Below are positions 1 through 24,896 of a stretch of 64,000 bases of DNA, piece by piece. How positions within the stretch are numbered: the stretch's first letter is position 1; each line of letters begins with the position of its first letter. The notes below the pieces were generated by a model, which was not told the DNA's origin, ran no database searches, and was given only the letters and a program-made list of their open reading frames with translations. Origin of the DNA: Macrostomum hystrix (taxonomy: Eukaryota; Animalia; Platyhelminthes); contig CATNEN010000003.1 of NCBI GenBank assembly GCA_950097015.1, forward strand, positions 15,128,001-15,192,000, in the 5' to 3' direction. The position numbers were made by a program, and so were the translations under genes.

Positions 1-1800
1 TGTCTCTAATGTCACTCTAGTGTCTCGAATGTCACTCTAGTGTCTCTAATGTCACTCTGGTGTCTCTAATGTCACTCTAGTGTCTCGAATGTCACTCTAG
101 TGTCTCTAATGTCACTCTAGTGTCTCTAATGTCACTCTAGTGACTCTATTGTCACTCTGGTGTCTCTAATGTCACTCTAGTGTCTCTAATGTCACTCTAG
201 TGTCTCTAATGTCACTCTGGTGTCTCTAATGCCACTCTAGTGTCTCTAATGTCACTCTAGTGTCTCTAATGCCACTCTAGTGTCTCTAATGCCACTCTAG
301 TGTCTCTAATGCCACTCTAGTGTCTCTAATGTCACTCTGGTGTCTCTAATGCCACTCTAGTGTCTCGAATGTCACTCTAGTGTCTCTAATGTCACTCTAG
401 TGTCTCTAATGTCACTCTAGTGTCTCTAATGCCACTCTAGTGTCTCTAATGCCACTCTAGTGTCTCTAATGCCACTCTAGTGTCTCTAATGCCACTCTAG
501 TGTCTCTAATGCCACTCTAGTGTCTCTAATGTCACTCTGGTGTCTCTAATGTCACTCTAGTGTCTCTAATGCCACTCTAGTGTCTCTAATGCCACTCTAG
601 TGTCTCTAATGTCACTCTGGTGTCTCTAATGCCACTCTAGTGTCTCGAATGTCACTCTAGTGTCTCTAATGTCACTCTAGTGTCTCTAATGTCACTCTAG
701 TGTCTCTAATGCCACTCTAGTGTCTCTAATGCCACTCTAGTGTCTCTAATGCCACTCTAGTGTCTCTAATGCCACTCTAGTGTCTCTAATGTCACTCTGG
801 TGTCTCTAATGCCACTCTAGTGTCTCTAATGTCACTCTGGTGTCTCTAATGTCACTCTAGTGTCTCTAATGTCACTCTGGTGTCTCTAATGTCACTCTAG
901 TGTCTCGAATGTCACTCTAGTGTCTCTAATGTCACTCTGGTGTCTCTAATGTCACTCTAGTGTCTCGAATGTCACTCTAGTGTCTCTAATGTCACTCTGG
1001 TGTCTCTAATGTCACTCTAGTGTCTCGAATGTCACTCTAGTGTCTCTAATGTCACTCTAGTGTCTCTAATGTCACTCTAGTGACTCTATTGTCACTCTGG
1101 TGTCTCTAATGTCACTCTAGTGTCTCTAATGTCACTCTAGTGTCTCTAATGTCACTCTGGTGTCTCTAATGCCACTCTAGTGTCTCTAATGTCACTCTAG
1201 TGTCTCTAATGCCACTCTAGTGTCTCTAATGCCACTCTAGTGTCTCTAATGCCACTCTAGTGTCTCTAATGTCACTCTGGTGTCTCTAATGCCACTCTAG
1301 TGTCTCGAATGTCACTCTAGTGTCTCTAATGTCACTCTAGTGTCTCTAATGTCACTCTAGTGTCTCTAATGCCACTCTAGTGTCTCTAATGCCACTCTAG
1401 TGTCTCTAATGCCACTCTAGTGTCTCTAATGCCACTCTAGTGTCTCTAATGCCACTCTAGTGTCTCTAATGCCACTCTAGTGTCTCTAATGTCACTCTGG
1501 TGTCTCTAATGCCACTCTAGTGTCTCGAATGTCACTCTAGTGTCTCTAATGTCACTCTAGTGTCTCTAATGTCACTCTAGTGTCTCTAATGCCACTCTAG
1601 TGTCTCTAATGCCACTCTAGTGTCTCTAATGCCACTCTAGTGTCTCTAATGCCACTCTAGTGTCTCTAATGTCACTCTGGTGTCTCTAATGCCACTCTAG
1701 TGTCTCTAATGTCACTCTGGTGTCTCTAATGTCACTCTAGTGTCTCTAATGTCACTCTGGTGTCTCTAATGTCACTCTAGTGTCCCCAATGTCCCTCTGG
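1..1800. repeat. 20-bp tandem minisatellite (TGTCTCTAATGTCACTCTAG)n, ~90 units, in intron 2 of the PDZ gene
   Basis: Direct 20-bp periodicity; runs off the window start. Confidence 0.97.
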
Positions 1801-2040
1801 TGTCTTTAATGTCATTCTAGTATCTTAACTGTCACTTCATTGCCCTTCGTGTCACTCCGATTCCTTTTCGGTCATTATTCACGATACAGTTTTTCGCCTA
1901 ACCAATGAGATGCGAGGATCGGGTAAGAGAATTTCAATTTGGGGACTGGTTAGCAGGTGTACATTAGTCGCTAATTTTTCATACCCTCGCATAAGGGTGT
2001 TTTATGGTAGGGACAGGACTTTCAGCCAATCAGGACAGAC

Positions 2041-2937
2041 CTTAGTAAACAGCTCCCTGGCCTTGTTGTCCCTGGATCGCCTGCCGTGATGCGCGGAGCT
2101 ACTGATAACGCTGCCGTCTCCCTTGGCTGTCACTAGAATTCCGAGAACAATCTTTTCCGCCTTGGCCAGGATGGATTCGACAACGTCCGCTGAGGTCACG
2201 TGATAGCCGTTGATTTGCAGAACTACGTCACCTGGACGAACGAGTGAATATCGTTTAAAGGTCACTCCCTTTCCACTCCCTTATCTTCTATGTCACTCCC
2301 TATTCTCCTATGTCACTCCCTTATCTCTAATGTCACTTCCTTATCTCTAATGTCACTTCCTTATCTCTAATGTCACTCCCTTATCTCTAATGTCACTCCC
2401 TTATCTCCTATGTCACTCCCTTATCTCTAATGTCACTTCCTTATCTCTAATGTCACTCCCTTATCTCTAATGTCACTCCCTTATCTCCTATGTCACTCCC
2501 TTATCTCTAATGTCACTTCCTTATCTCTAATGTCACTGCCTTATCTACCCAGTCACCCCGACCCGCTCCTCACCTTCTCGCAGCCCGGCCTGATAAGACG
2601 GGCCGTACGGATTCACAGAGCTCACAACAATGGGCCTGCCGCCGTGCATAGCAAATCCATAGCCAAGCCTCCTGTTGTAGGGAATCTCCATTGTCTGAAT
2701 GCGAGACACCACGCCAACAGTCGGAGCTCCTGGCAGGCGTCGCTGCCTCGCCGCTAGTTTGACCTCCTCGGCGGAGCAGCCGGACACATCGTCGCCATCC
2801 AGTTCGATTAGCTGATCCCCTGGCAACAGGCCCGCCTCATCGGCGATGCTGCCCTTCTCAACTGAGATCACGTAGCAGGGACCGCCGCCCCAGATGGCGA
2901 AACCGTAAAACTCTGGCCACTGATCTAGTCCTGGCAT
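2041..2937 (-). CDS. GRID2IP: Delphilin/GRID2IP-like PDZ protein, 5' part (exons 2937-2574, 2231-2041; continues beyond window start)
   Basis: WPEFYGFAIWGGGPCYVISVEKGSIADEAGLLPGDQ resembles the delphilin N-terminal PDZ (WPEDFGF..GSGPCFV). Second PDZ YGFAMHGGRPIVVSSV..GDVVLQING. Donor GAAG|gtgag, acceptor tccag|GT, donor AAG|gtctg. Confidence 0.75.
2262..2548. repeat. 20-bp minisatellite (TCACTCCCTTATCTCTAATG)n in intron 1 of the PDZ gene
   Basis: Direct periodicity. Confidence 0.95.
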
Positions 2938-3997
2938 TCTTGAGTCTAATCTCACTCTCTCTCTGTATCTTCAGTGTGTATTTATAATGCCACCGCCTCA
3001 GAGAAAGAGAGACAATCAGAATGTGCCGGTGTGCCAATAAGACGATTAATAATTAACGAACGACCGAAGGGAAATAGAATTTGGGACTTCTCGTTGCAAC
3101 TCTCGTATGGGATTTTCAGACGGGGCTACGCCCCGGTTACGTTGGAGTTTAAGAATTCATACGTTGGAGTGAGTTGGATTTTTTTGAAGGGATATTGTGT
3201 ACGCGTGCTGTAAAGCGATCGACTGATTGCATGTTTTTCCCTTACATTTCTCTCCTTTCCCAACGTTCTTCGCCTCACTAGTTTCTCATTCGTCTGCAAC
3301 CAACTGTAAAATAATCTCCCGCCCGAGAGAACGAAAAAAAAATCCTGGGATTTTGATCCCACGCTATATCGTGGATAAGAAAGGTAGGGGATTATTAGAA
3401 AGAGCAGCGTGCCGAGTGTACATTTTGTGTATGTACAATGTGCACATAACTTCTAAACTCTCTCTCGGTATCCAAAAATGCACACAAGCAACACACAATG
3501 GGTGGACATTGAAATTCGATACTATTTTATTTTTCAAATTCAAATTAAGACATAGAAAATAGTTTTCTAGAAATCAATGATAAGTTATTGAGTATAACCA
3601 GAGAGACAGAGAGTGAGTGTGTGAGCGTTAAATTTTGACTAGCCATTGCGTGCGCGTTGCGTGTTCGCAAGGTTGCTATGGCAACCGAAGGGAAGTGGTT
3701 AGAATGGAGCTAGAGAAAGAGAAAGAGAAATAGTTTTGAAACTTTATAGTGCCACCCTGAATTCCCAGTGACTTCAAGTCAAGACAAGTCAAATGTCCGT
3801 TTTCTAATCTGCTAAGCAGTAGTACTATACTCGTAATTGCCGCTAAACTTTTAAAGTACTATTTAAAAGTCCATATAGAATTATTTACGTGATTGGATAA
3901 GTAGCAGGGATCACTTATTAAAAAATAGAAAAAAAATTTATTGAACATTGTACTAGAGACTTTTTACTTGCCTTTTTTTCCTCTCTCCCTCTCTGTC

Positions 3998-4690
3998 TGC
4001 CCCCACTCTCACCGTCTTTCTACCCCCCACTCTCACCGTCTTTCTACCCCCCACTCTCACCGTCTTTCTACCCCCCACTCTCACCGTCTTTCTACCCCCA
4101 CTCTCACCGTCTTTCTACCCCCCACTCTAACCGTCTTTATAGTTTCTACCCCACTCTCACCATCTTTCTATCCCCACTCTCACCATCCTTCTACCCCCAC
4201 TCTAACCGTCTTTCTACCCCCCACTCTCACCGTCTTTCTACCCCTCACTCTCACCGTCTTTCTACCCCCACTCTCCCCGTCTTTCTACCCCCCACTCTCA
4301 CCGTCTTTCTACCCCCACTCTCACCGTCTTTCTAGTTTCTACCCCACTCTCATCATCTTTCTACCCCCACTCTCACCATCCTTCTACCCCCCACTCTAAC
4401 CGTCTTTCTACCCCCCACTCTCACCGTCTTTCTACCCCCCACTCTCACCGTCTTTCTACCCCCCACTCTAACCGTCTTTCTAGTTTCTACCCCACTCTCA
4501 TCATCTTTCTACCCCCACTCTCACCATCCTTCTACCCCCCACTCTAACCGTCTTTCTACCCCCCACTCTCACCGTCTTTCTACCCCCCACTCTAACCGTC
4601 TTTCTACCCCCACTCTCACCATCCTTCTACCCCCACTCTCACCATCCTTCTGCCCCCACTCTCACCATCTTTCTACCCCCCCAACTCTCA
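3998..4690. repeat. ~22-24-bp C-rich minisatellite (CCCCACTCTCACCGTCTTTCTAC)n
   Basis: Direct periodicity. Confidence 0.93.
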
Positions 4691-5348
4691 ACATTATTTT
4701 ACCACCCACTCCCACCGCTTCTCCCCACCCATTCTCAACTAAATCTCACCCTATTTCTCACCCTCTCACCATCTTTTCCGCCCTTGCTATCTTATCTCTT
4801 TCTTCATCGTCTACGAGCGAGTGTCCGTAGAACAAGGAGTTATTTTTTACATTTTAAATCACAATATGCTTTGTTTAAACTACTTTTAAGAAGAAATGCT
4901 GACGTATCCATGAACACCTTAAAAAAGAAAACAAATTTTCGTAACCTCCCATTCTTTATCATTGTTTTTGTTCTCGGAAATGAAAAATTTACCTCAGAAA
5001 AATTGAGCACTGCCACCGGCAAAAACTACCAACTCAAAATAGTCCCACAAACAGTGTTTGTACATTTTCTTCTTCCCTTTCCCACTACCAGCTCAGCCGG
5101 CTTGAGCGGGTGAGGGGAGAAAAGCCTGTAGGGATTGGGGATAGAAAAATCTATCCTTAGAAACGGGGTTGAGACCGACTGACTGTACATTTTCATCAAA
5201 GTGTACATTGCTTTATATTCACACCAGCCTGTCCTACTGCTCTAGACCTCATCCCCTTCATCAACAATATCCCCAGTAGCAAGCTTCAAGCCAACTCAAC
5301 CTTATAGAGGTCTCTTCTAGAAGAAACTCAGGATTCTGATCTCCAAAC

Positions 5349-7301
5349 ATGCTTCTACTGCTCAACTATCGCCACAACAAGATGAAGCGGGAGGCTGAAC
5401 GAAATCGAAGAGAACAAGAAAAACTGGAACGTCGACGAAAGAGGAAGGAAGAGAAGATACTCGCCGCCATGACGCAGGACGAGCAGGACAATGGCAGCGT
5501 CGATGTCGATGTTAGCGACAAGATGAAGAACAAAAAGAGAATAGCAGAGAAGGATGTAGCTTCAAAGAAGCGAAGAAAACGTACAACCATTCCGCCAGAG
5601 AAGATGTGGGAGGCCTACACTCTGTTTATCATCGGCTTTGGCATTCCAACAGTCTATGGCTTGTTCAACATCTGTTGCGCTGTGTACCAACGGGCTGTGA
5701 CGCCAGCCAATGACACGCTGGCGATGTACTCTCTGCTCGAGTATGTTCATGCGCCAGAGCTACCAATGGATGCGGAAGCGCGCCTCAGAGCTGGAATTGA
5801 ACGACGCAGCAAATTGAGCTTGGAGGAATTCTACAGAGACTACGATGCGAAATGGCCCGTGCTAATCACCGACTGCGTGCCCAATTGGCCAGCTGCTCAA
5901 CTATGGACTGAGCAATTCTTCACAGAGCGATACGGTTCTGCTAGGACTACAATGTCGGCTGTGTCTGGCCGTCTGGACAATGCGCAACAGTTGGCGCTTC
6001 CATTTGGCTTGTTTATTAGTCACCTGAACCAGTCTAGTCCAACTTCGTGGACTTATTTACAGGTGAGCTGATCATTTAATTCGGTACTTGTATTAGACTA
6101 TTGGACATAATGAGTCATAGAACGATGGGTAGAAGATCATTTGGTCTGATTGATGGTTAATGGTTCAATTATTAACAGTCAAACTTTATCAGCATGTCAC
6201 CCGAATGTGCCTGCATCATCTCCGTCTTTGGTGGTCACCTACCTTTATCTAGACGGACTGCGGGACCTTCAAATGCAAAAAATGTGGAAATAGGCCACTC
6301 TGGACACCCTGACGCGAATTTCCAAAATTTCACTGCTGAAGCCAAAATATTAGGCGCAGCTCAACCACAGGACACCATCGCCTAGTCTGTCAACCAATCA
6401 GTCACCACCCTACGCGGTTAGCTTTCAGGCGCTGCCAAAAATGTCTTAAATGGTATAAAACGGGCGGCAAAATGGCTTGGTAGTCCTACTGTTAAGAGTA
6501 GAAAGTAGTCAGGGGTGGGTCAGTCGAGGCAATTATGAAGCTTCAGCAAGCCGACCTCAACCTGAAATTTGAATCCATCCTGCCGCTAAGGACGAACTAT
6601 TTCTGCCAACGCGGCCTGAACTTCTCGCCCAAATTGGCACCTGCGACCCACTGCGAGAGGATTATTTCAGCCTGTTCCCAGAGACAGCGAGGCCTTGGTG
6701 GGCTTTCCTACTGTGGGGAACGAAATATTCAAGATCCCAGCTGCACATTGATCCCTACAACTGGACAGGGACTAACGCTGTGCTGAGAGGCAGGAAGCGT
6801 TGGAAGCTGTATCCGCCTGGCCAGGATCACCTGCTGTATACGCGCGAAGTCTACACCGGAAAATATCCCCTTAAATCGAGAAAGTACAACAGCTATGCAG
6901 ACGCCTTTGATTCTCAAGCAGCCGATCGATTTCCCCAACTGTCTAGGGCCAAAGTGTTGGAATTCGTACAGCATCCAGGTGAACTTCTGATTATCCCTAC
7001 TGGGTGGTTTCATCAGGCGTTCAACGAGGAGCCGACATTGGCCATCTCTGGGCAGCTGATGAATCGCGGAAATTATCGAGCGGTGCTGGAGGAACTGGCC
7101 AAAGCTGGAAATATCCCAAGGGATGGATACCCACCGGAATTTACCAGCATGACACCAGCCGAGAAAACCGCAGCCTGTGTTAAACGGCTGCTACCGTCGG
7201 CTCTAGCCGATGCCGCTGCCACAACCAAGGACGTCCTAGTTCAGATGGAGCGAGAGGGCAAACAGTTCAAAGCCGATGACTGGACAAAAGCTGAACTTTA
7301 A
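5349..7301 (+). CDS. JmjC-domain 2OG/Fe oxygenase with one TM helix (JMJD4/JMJD8-like); exons 5349-6062, 6591-7301
   Basis: PVLITDCVPNWPAAQLWT; LHIDPYNWTG..GRKRWKLYPP..QHPGELLIIPTGWFHQAFN gives an HxD...H triad. Donor CAG|gtgagc, acceptor taag|GAC restores frame. True start uncertain. Confidence 0.85.
6176..6491 (+). mobile_element. Internally deleted copy of the 9887-10489 TIR element in the JmjC intron
   Basis: Near-identical to 10157-10489; flanked ttaa|CAGT ... CTACTG|ttaa. Confidence 0.85.
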
Positions 7302-7314
7302 TAAAATACGCTTC

Positions 7315-7470
7315 TTGCTGTCTAAAAGTGTGGGGTTTTGTGTCTAACTGTCTTTGGCTCTGTGTCTAACAGTCTACGGTTCTTTGTCCAACAGTCTAAG
7401 AGTCTGTGTCTAAAAGTCTATGGCTTTGTGTCTAGCAGTCTATGGTTCTTTGTCTTACAGACTTAGTGTC
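7315..7470. repeat. Degenerate ~22-bp tandem repeat (TGTGTCTAACAGTCTATGGCTC-like) just after the JmjC stop
   Basis: Recurring tgtctaa..agtcta motif. Confidence 0.6.
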
Positions 7471-7919
7471 TAACATTATAACAGTGTACCTGTCTTAAGT
7501 TAAAATATTTACATTTTGTTATTATTCACTGAACTGTTAACTAGTTTTTCTTACTTTCATAGAAATTGTGACCTGAAGCATATTACGAGCTATTTCTATC
7601 CACAGTCGTTAATTCTTGTTAGTTTTAAAAAAGTGTTTTGTGTCTACTGATTTTTCTTTCCATTTCATGCTTTAAACGAGGACAATTTTTATCTAGTCTT
7701 AACTACGAAGTAATGATTTTTTGAATGATAAGAAAAGTTTTTGCTTTTAATAGAAACACTGAAGTGAGTTTCTTTCTATCTTGTGTGACTGACGCTTTGT
7801 GCCTTAACTTAAAATACATTGTTTGTTATAATTCTATACTTCTATAACTCGAACTTCAAATACATTCAAGCTGCCAAAAATTACCAAAAAATCCAGCTTT
7901 TTTCCTGAGTTTAATTGAT

Positions 7920-8172
7920 GTCGTGACTTTAAGGTCAAAGGTTCGATTCCTGACTCCACGGGAAAAATTTGGGCCTTTTAGCGAGACACTTAACTCTGCA
8001 TCGCTTCAGTTCACCCAACTATTAAATAGGTACCAGCATTAGTTGGGGTAATTGAAGTTTTGTGTGGCGACACCCCCAGTCCATGGACAGGTACGCGGCC
8101 TTCAGATACGTCGTGCAATAGTTGCTGCGACTGTGCTGTCGGCTGCACATCTGGCCCGATTGGGGCAGGTGC
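7920..8172 (+). mobile_element. tRNA-derived CORE-type SINE, family A (5' truncated)
   Basis: B-box GGTTCGATTCC; CORE-like cctttagcgagacacttaac..cttcagttcaccc; matches five other copies. Confidence 0.85.
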
Positions 8173-8633
8173 AAAAAGTAAATGTTGTTAATTAATATTA
8201 ATCATTATGTTCAGTATATTTTTCTGGTCACTTAGGGTCATTTAATTTTCTTTATGGTCGCAATTCTCTTAGGTTTATAAGCAATTTCTTTTTTAGGTAT
8301 TGGGGCCACGTATAAGCCGTTTCTAAGACTCTTTCATTTTTCCTCTGAGAATTATTATATTTCTGTTCTTCTAAAATCCACTTACAAGTAAATTAATACT
8401 TGTCTCTCAACTAAACTAATTTTGTAGCATTTTGAATATTCAGCTGCCAAAAATCCGGAGAGTCGTTATTCACGACACACGGAGCCTACGAAAATGCAAA
8501 TTTTGGCGGATATTTAAACTGCGCGGCGGATCATTTTCTCCCGAGGGTTAAGAGGAAAAACCACAGCTCATTGATTAGCAGGCAGAAACGGAAAATCGCA
8601 AAACGTCTTGAAATATCTAGACTTAAAAAAACA

Positions 8634-20054
<11,421 letters not shown>

Positions 20055-20176
20055 ATGACAATAATAAATATTTGGAAGTTAATTGTATTTCGTGTACTAA
20101 AAAGAAGTTTTAGTCAGTAACTAAAATCATCATGTGTACTAACGAGCTTTTCTAAAAATAGTCTAACCCTTTCTAA

Positions 20177-20461
20177 AATAGCTCAAGCTATTCTATAAAT
20201 AGCTCAAGCTATTCTATAAATAGCTCAAGCTATTCTATAAATAGCTCAAGCTATTCTATAAATAGCTCAAGTTATTCTATAAATAGCTCAAGCTATTCTA
20301 TAAATAGCTCAAGCTATTCTATAAATAGCTCAAGCTATTCTATAAATAGCTCAAGCTATTCTATAAATAGCTCAAGCTATTCTATAAATAGCACAAGCTA
20401 TTCTATAAATAGCTCAAGCTATTCTATAAATAGCTCAAGCTATTCTATAAATAGCACAAGC
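20177..20461. repeat. 21-bp tandem repeat (AATAGCTCAAGCTATTCTATA)n downstream of the PKC stop
   Basis: ~13 near-perfect units. Confidence 0.95.
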
Positions 20462-21218
20462 CGTTCTTTGAACGTGCTAAATAAACAATTACATAGTTCC
20501 TAAAACTAAACCTCCTGGAGAAAGAAATATTTGATTGTGTTTATTAAGTCCTTAACCCGATTTTTCTCCATTTAAAGTACAAATTTATTTACTATTCAAG
20601 CAATTTTTATCACAATTGCACGATTTAAACTTCTCTGAAAAAGTCATGACAATTCTCTTGAGACGAAAAGCACATATTTATTTTGCAAATTTGCTTTAAA
20701 AGGAAAAATATATTTTACGTTTTAAAGTTTCTACTTAAAGTGTTTTTTCACACGAGTATTTGTTATAACTGTTTGTAGTCCACAATCTCCTGTTCAGAGC
20801 TAGTCAAACAAATATTAAGCATAAATTATTGTTTAGCTTAGTTAATAGACGGTTGTTCATTGTTTTTCTGTCAGTTTTTTGTTTTATATTTTCACTATTT
20901 TGTGGATTTTAATATAAAAAGTCGCTTTTTGTTTTATCCATTGCGTCAGTAAACTGTCTTGATGTTGGATTACGGAACTGAATTTTTTACCGGCTTTATT
21001 GTCGTTTTCTTAGAAATTAATGTTTGTTTTTTTTGTTTGAGTCCTTAACTGATGCACTGATTCTTGTAATTTATTTTTTTACTAATTTTCTTTAATCGCA
21101 AAAAGATGAGCACTTTCGTCTGCGTACGAGTATTAAACAAAAGAGTAAACCTACGCAAGTAATAATACCTGAAATAACTGTTTAATAATCTTACACCGAC
21201 TTTTTACAGTGCGGTGGA

Positions 21219-23021
21219 CTGAACAGACAGTGGAGTGACAGAACAGATAGTAGAGTGACAGAACAGACAGTGGAGTGACAGAACAGACAGTAGAGTGACA
21301 GAACAGACAGTGGAGTGACAGAACAGACAGTAGAGTGACAGAACAGACAGTGGAGTGACAGAACAGATTGTAGAGTGACAGAACAGACAGTAGAGTGACA
21401 GAACAGATAGTAGAGTGACAGAACGGATAGTGGAGTGATGGAACAGACAGTAGAGTGACAGAACAGACAGTGGAGTGACGGAACAGACAGTAGAGTGACA
21501 GAACAGACAGTGGAGTGACAGAACAGATAGTAGAGTGACAGAACAGACAGTAGAGTGACAGAACAGACAGTAGAGTGACAGAACAGACAGTAGAGTGACG
21601 GAACAGACAGTAGAGTGACGGAACAGACAGTGCAGTGACAGAACAGACAGTAGAGTGACAGAACAGACAGTGGAGTGACAGAACAGATTGTAGAGTGACA
21701 GAACAGACAGTAGAGTGACAGAACAGATAGTAGAGTGACAGAACGGATAGTGGAGTGATGGAACAGACAGTAGAGTGACAGAACAGACAGTGGAGTGACG
21801 GCACAGACAGTGGAGTGACAGAACAGACAGTGGAGTGACAGAACAGACAGTGGAGTGACAGAACAGACAGTAGAGTGACAGAACAGACAGTGGAGTGACG
21901 GAACAGACAGTAGAGTGACAGAACCGACAGTGGAGTGACAGAACAGACAGTAGAGTGACAGAACAGACAGTGGAGTGACAGAACAGATTGTAGAGTGACA
22001 GAACAGACAGTAGAGTGACAGAACAGATAGTAGAGTGACAGAACGGATAGTGGAGTGATGGAACAGACAGTAGAGTGACAGAACAGACAGTGGAGTGACG
22101 GAACAGACAGTAGAGTGACAGAACAGACAGTGGAGTGACAGAACAGACAGTAGAGTGACGGAACAGACAGTGCAGTGACAGAACAGACAGTAGAGTGACA
22201 GAACAGACAGTGGAGTGACAGAACAGATTGTAGAGTGACAGAACAGACAGTAGAGTGACAGAACAGATAGTAGAGTGACAGAACGGATAGTGGAGTGATG
22301 GAACAGACAGTAGAGTGACAGAACAGACAGTGGAGTGACGGCACAGACAGTGGAGTGACAGAACAGACAGTGGAGTGACAGAACAGACAGTGGAGTGACA
22401 GAACAGACAGTAGAGTGACAGAACAGACAGTGGAGTGACGGAACAGACAGTAGAGTGACAGAACCGACAGTGGAGTGACAGAACAGACAGTAGAGTGACA
22501 GAACAGACAGTAGAGTGACGGAACAGACAGTAGAGTGACAGAACAGACAGTAGAGTGACAGAACAGACAGTAGAGTGACAGAACAGACAGTGGAGTGACG
22601 GAACAGACAGTAGAGTGACAGAACGGATAGTGGAGTGATGGAACAGACAGTAGAGTGACAGAACAGACAGTGGAGTGACGGAACAGACAGTAGAGTGACA
22701 GAACAGACAGTGGAGTGACAGAACAGATAATAGAGTGACAGAACAGACAGTAGAGTGACAGAACAGACAGTAGAGTGACAGAACAGACAGTAGAGTGACG
22801 GAACAGACAGTAGAGTGACAGAACAGACAGTAGAGTGACAGAACAGACAGTGGAGTGACAGAACAGACAGTGGAGTGACGGAACAGACAGTAGAGTGACA
22901 GAACAGACAGTAGAGTGACGGAACAGACAGTGCAGTGACAAAACAGACTGTGGAGTGACAGAACAGACAGTGGAGTGACAAAACAGACTGTGGAGTGACA
23001 GAACAGACTGTGGAGTGACAG
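21219..23021. repeat. 20-bp minisatellite (GAACAGACAGTAGAGTGACA)n, intergenic
   Basis: Direct periodicity. Confidence 0.97.
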
Positions 23022-24249
23022 TAAAAAGGCTATAATGTGCTATAATAATACTATAATACAAAGTTGTATAAAATCAAATTAACCTCAAATAATTTTCCAA
23101 TCGAATTTTCAGCTCGCCTTGGCAACACAGTCAGTGAGAAGACCCAAAATGGCTTTGAGGTTTTGGGAAGTGATGCAACTTAAGCTCCCAGTCGCTGTCA
23201 GAACTTCCTCTATAGTTCAGGCAGGCGCAGGACCAAAATGGAGAGATGCAGTCAGTTGCTAGGATAAACTAAATCCTAAAATAGACACTATTCACGCGCT
23301 AGTCCATTTTCATTTCCTCAATTTGTGGTGAAGGAGAAAATTGAGAAGGCATTTTTATTCGCGCTACGGAATAAATAATTATTATTTGGCCTACGTGGAG
23401 TGCTGTGCCTAAAGACTTTTTTTAACTAAATGCTGTCCTGCAGGCGCATCATTCGGTCCAAAGCCAGACCCGAATCTTTCGGACCGGATCAATGCTAACC
23501 AATTTAGCTGGCTGGGAAAATTTTCATTTTAACGTGTCATTAGGGATTACATCAAATAGGCTGTGGGCCAGGGGCGGTTTTGACGCGGGTCCACCTCTCT
23601 CACTCTCTCTCTCTTTCTCTTGAACGATCATAATTTTATTAATGGCTTGGGACTGGACAAAGCCAAGCAGGCCATCTAGAGCCAATCGTTTCAATCTTGG
23701 GCACATTCGGGCTGCTGTTACTATAGGAGCTGTTACATCTTAACACTGATTATATCCCCCCGCCTTGTAGGCCGGCGATGGGACGCGAACCCCGCGGGCC
23801 CACATCCAGTTAATCCCAAATCATCTTGTATTCCCATTTTATATTTTGGACAGTCAGAACTGACGAACGCACACACCGCAAAAGCCTTCATGCAATTCAC
23901 TTTCAACCCCATGCTCTGATGCCAGTTAATTTCTAATCTTTAGCCTGATGGGATGAGTTCTATGGGAGAATTCTCCCAACGCCGAGACAAAACTCAGGGA
24001 GAATTAAAACTGATAGACTTGGATGTGAGGGCTGCAGGAGGAGAATTTGACTGATCAAATTTGTTGTGTTGGCTTTCAATTAGTTGAGAGTTTCTCGATT
24101 ACTTTTAGGCGAAATGACAGGCCTTGTCGATAAATTGACCATTCGGTCTATTGCCAGAATAATCTGAATAATCTGTTGCAGATTAGGCCTTTCATCTTTC
24201 GTTTTTATCTACTGACTTCAAATTCTAAGCCGCACCTACTTCTGCCATC

Positions 24250-24590
24250 TCTTCTACCTATCTCTAGTCTCTTATCTCTATTCTCCCATCTCTATTCTCC
24301 CATCTTTTAAATTCCATTTTAAATATTCTATTTCTTTTTTCCTACCTCAATTCTCCCACCTCTATTTTCTCATCTCTATTCTCCATTTTCTATTCTCCCA
24401 AATCTGTTCTCTCATCTCTATTCTTCCATGTATCTGTTCTCCCATATCTGTTCTCCCATCTCTATTCTCCTATCTCTATTCCCCCACCTTTATTATCCCA
24501 TTTCGATTCTCCTATCTTCAAGATCCCATCTTAAATCTCCCATTTCTACTCTTCCACCTCAGTTCTCCTAAGTCTATTCTCCCACCTCTA
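24250..24590. repeat. Degenerate pyrimidine-rich tandem repeat (TCTATTCTCCCATC-like)
   Basis: Recurring motif, diverged. Confidence 0.6.
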
Positions 24591-24896
24591 AAATCTCTGT
24601 TTTCACACGCAATCGTTCGAAAAATGTCAGAAATTCTGATAAATAAATTAACGAAGTGCTGTTTCAATGCTTTTTGTATTTAACCGTTTTTAATTAAAAT
24701 CTTAATACTTCTTGATTTGCACTTGACTTTTTTCAAAATGAGATATGAGTATATTTAAACAAAATTTTAACAATTTCTTCACAAAGAGCAAATTATTCAG
24801 TTAAAAAATCAGTGACATTTTTTAAGTTGGTTCAAAAATTTAAATATTTCCGCAAACGATTTTCTATTTTACACCAGACAATGATAGATGGAGGAC

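Noticed and set aside
21151-23061. 636-aa and 596-aa Cys/His-rich ORFs resembling zinc fingers
   Set aside because: Translations of the 20-bp minisatellite, open in several frames
23640-23810. Minus-strand TAACAGCAGC...CCAGTCCCAAGCC resembling a twister ribozyme, with an upstream B-box-like GGTTCGCGTCCC
   Set aside because: The closing P2/P4 partner and 3' pseudoknot strand are absent; more likely a degenerate SINE-like fragment
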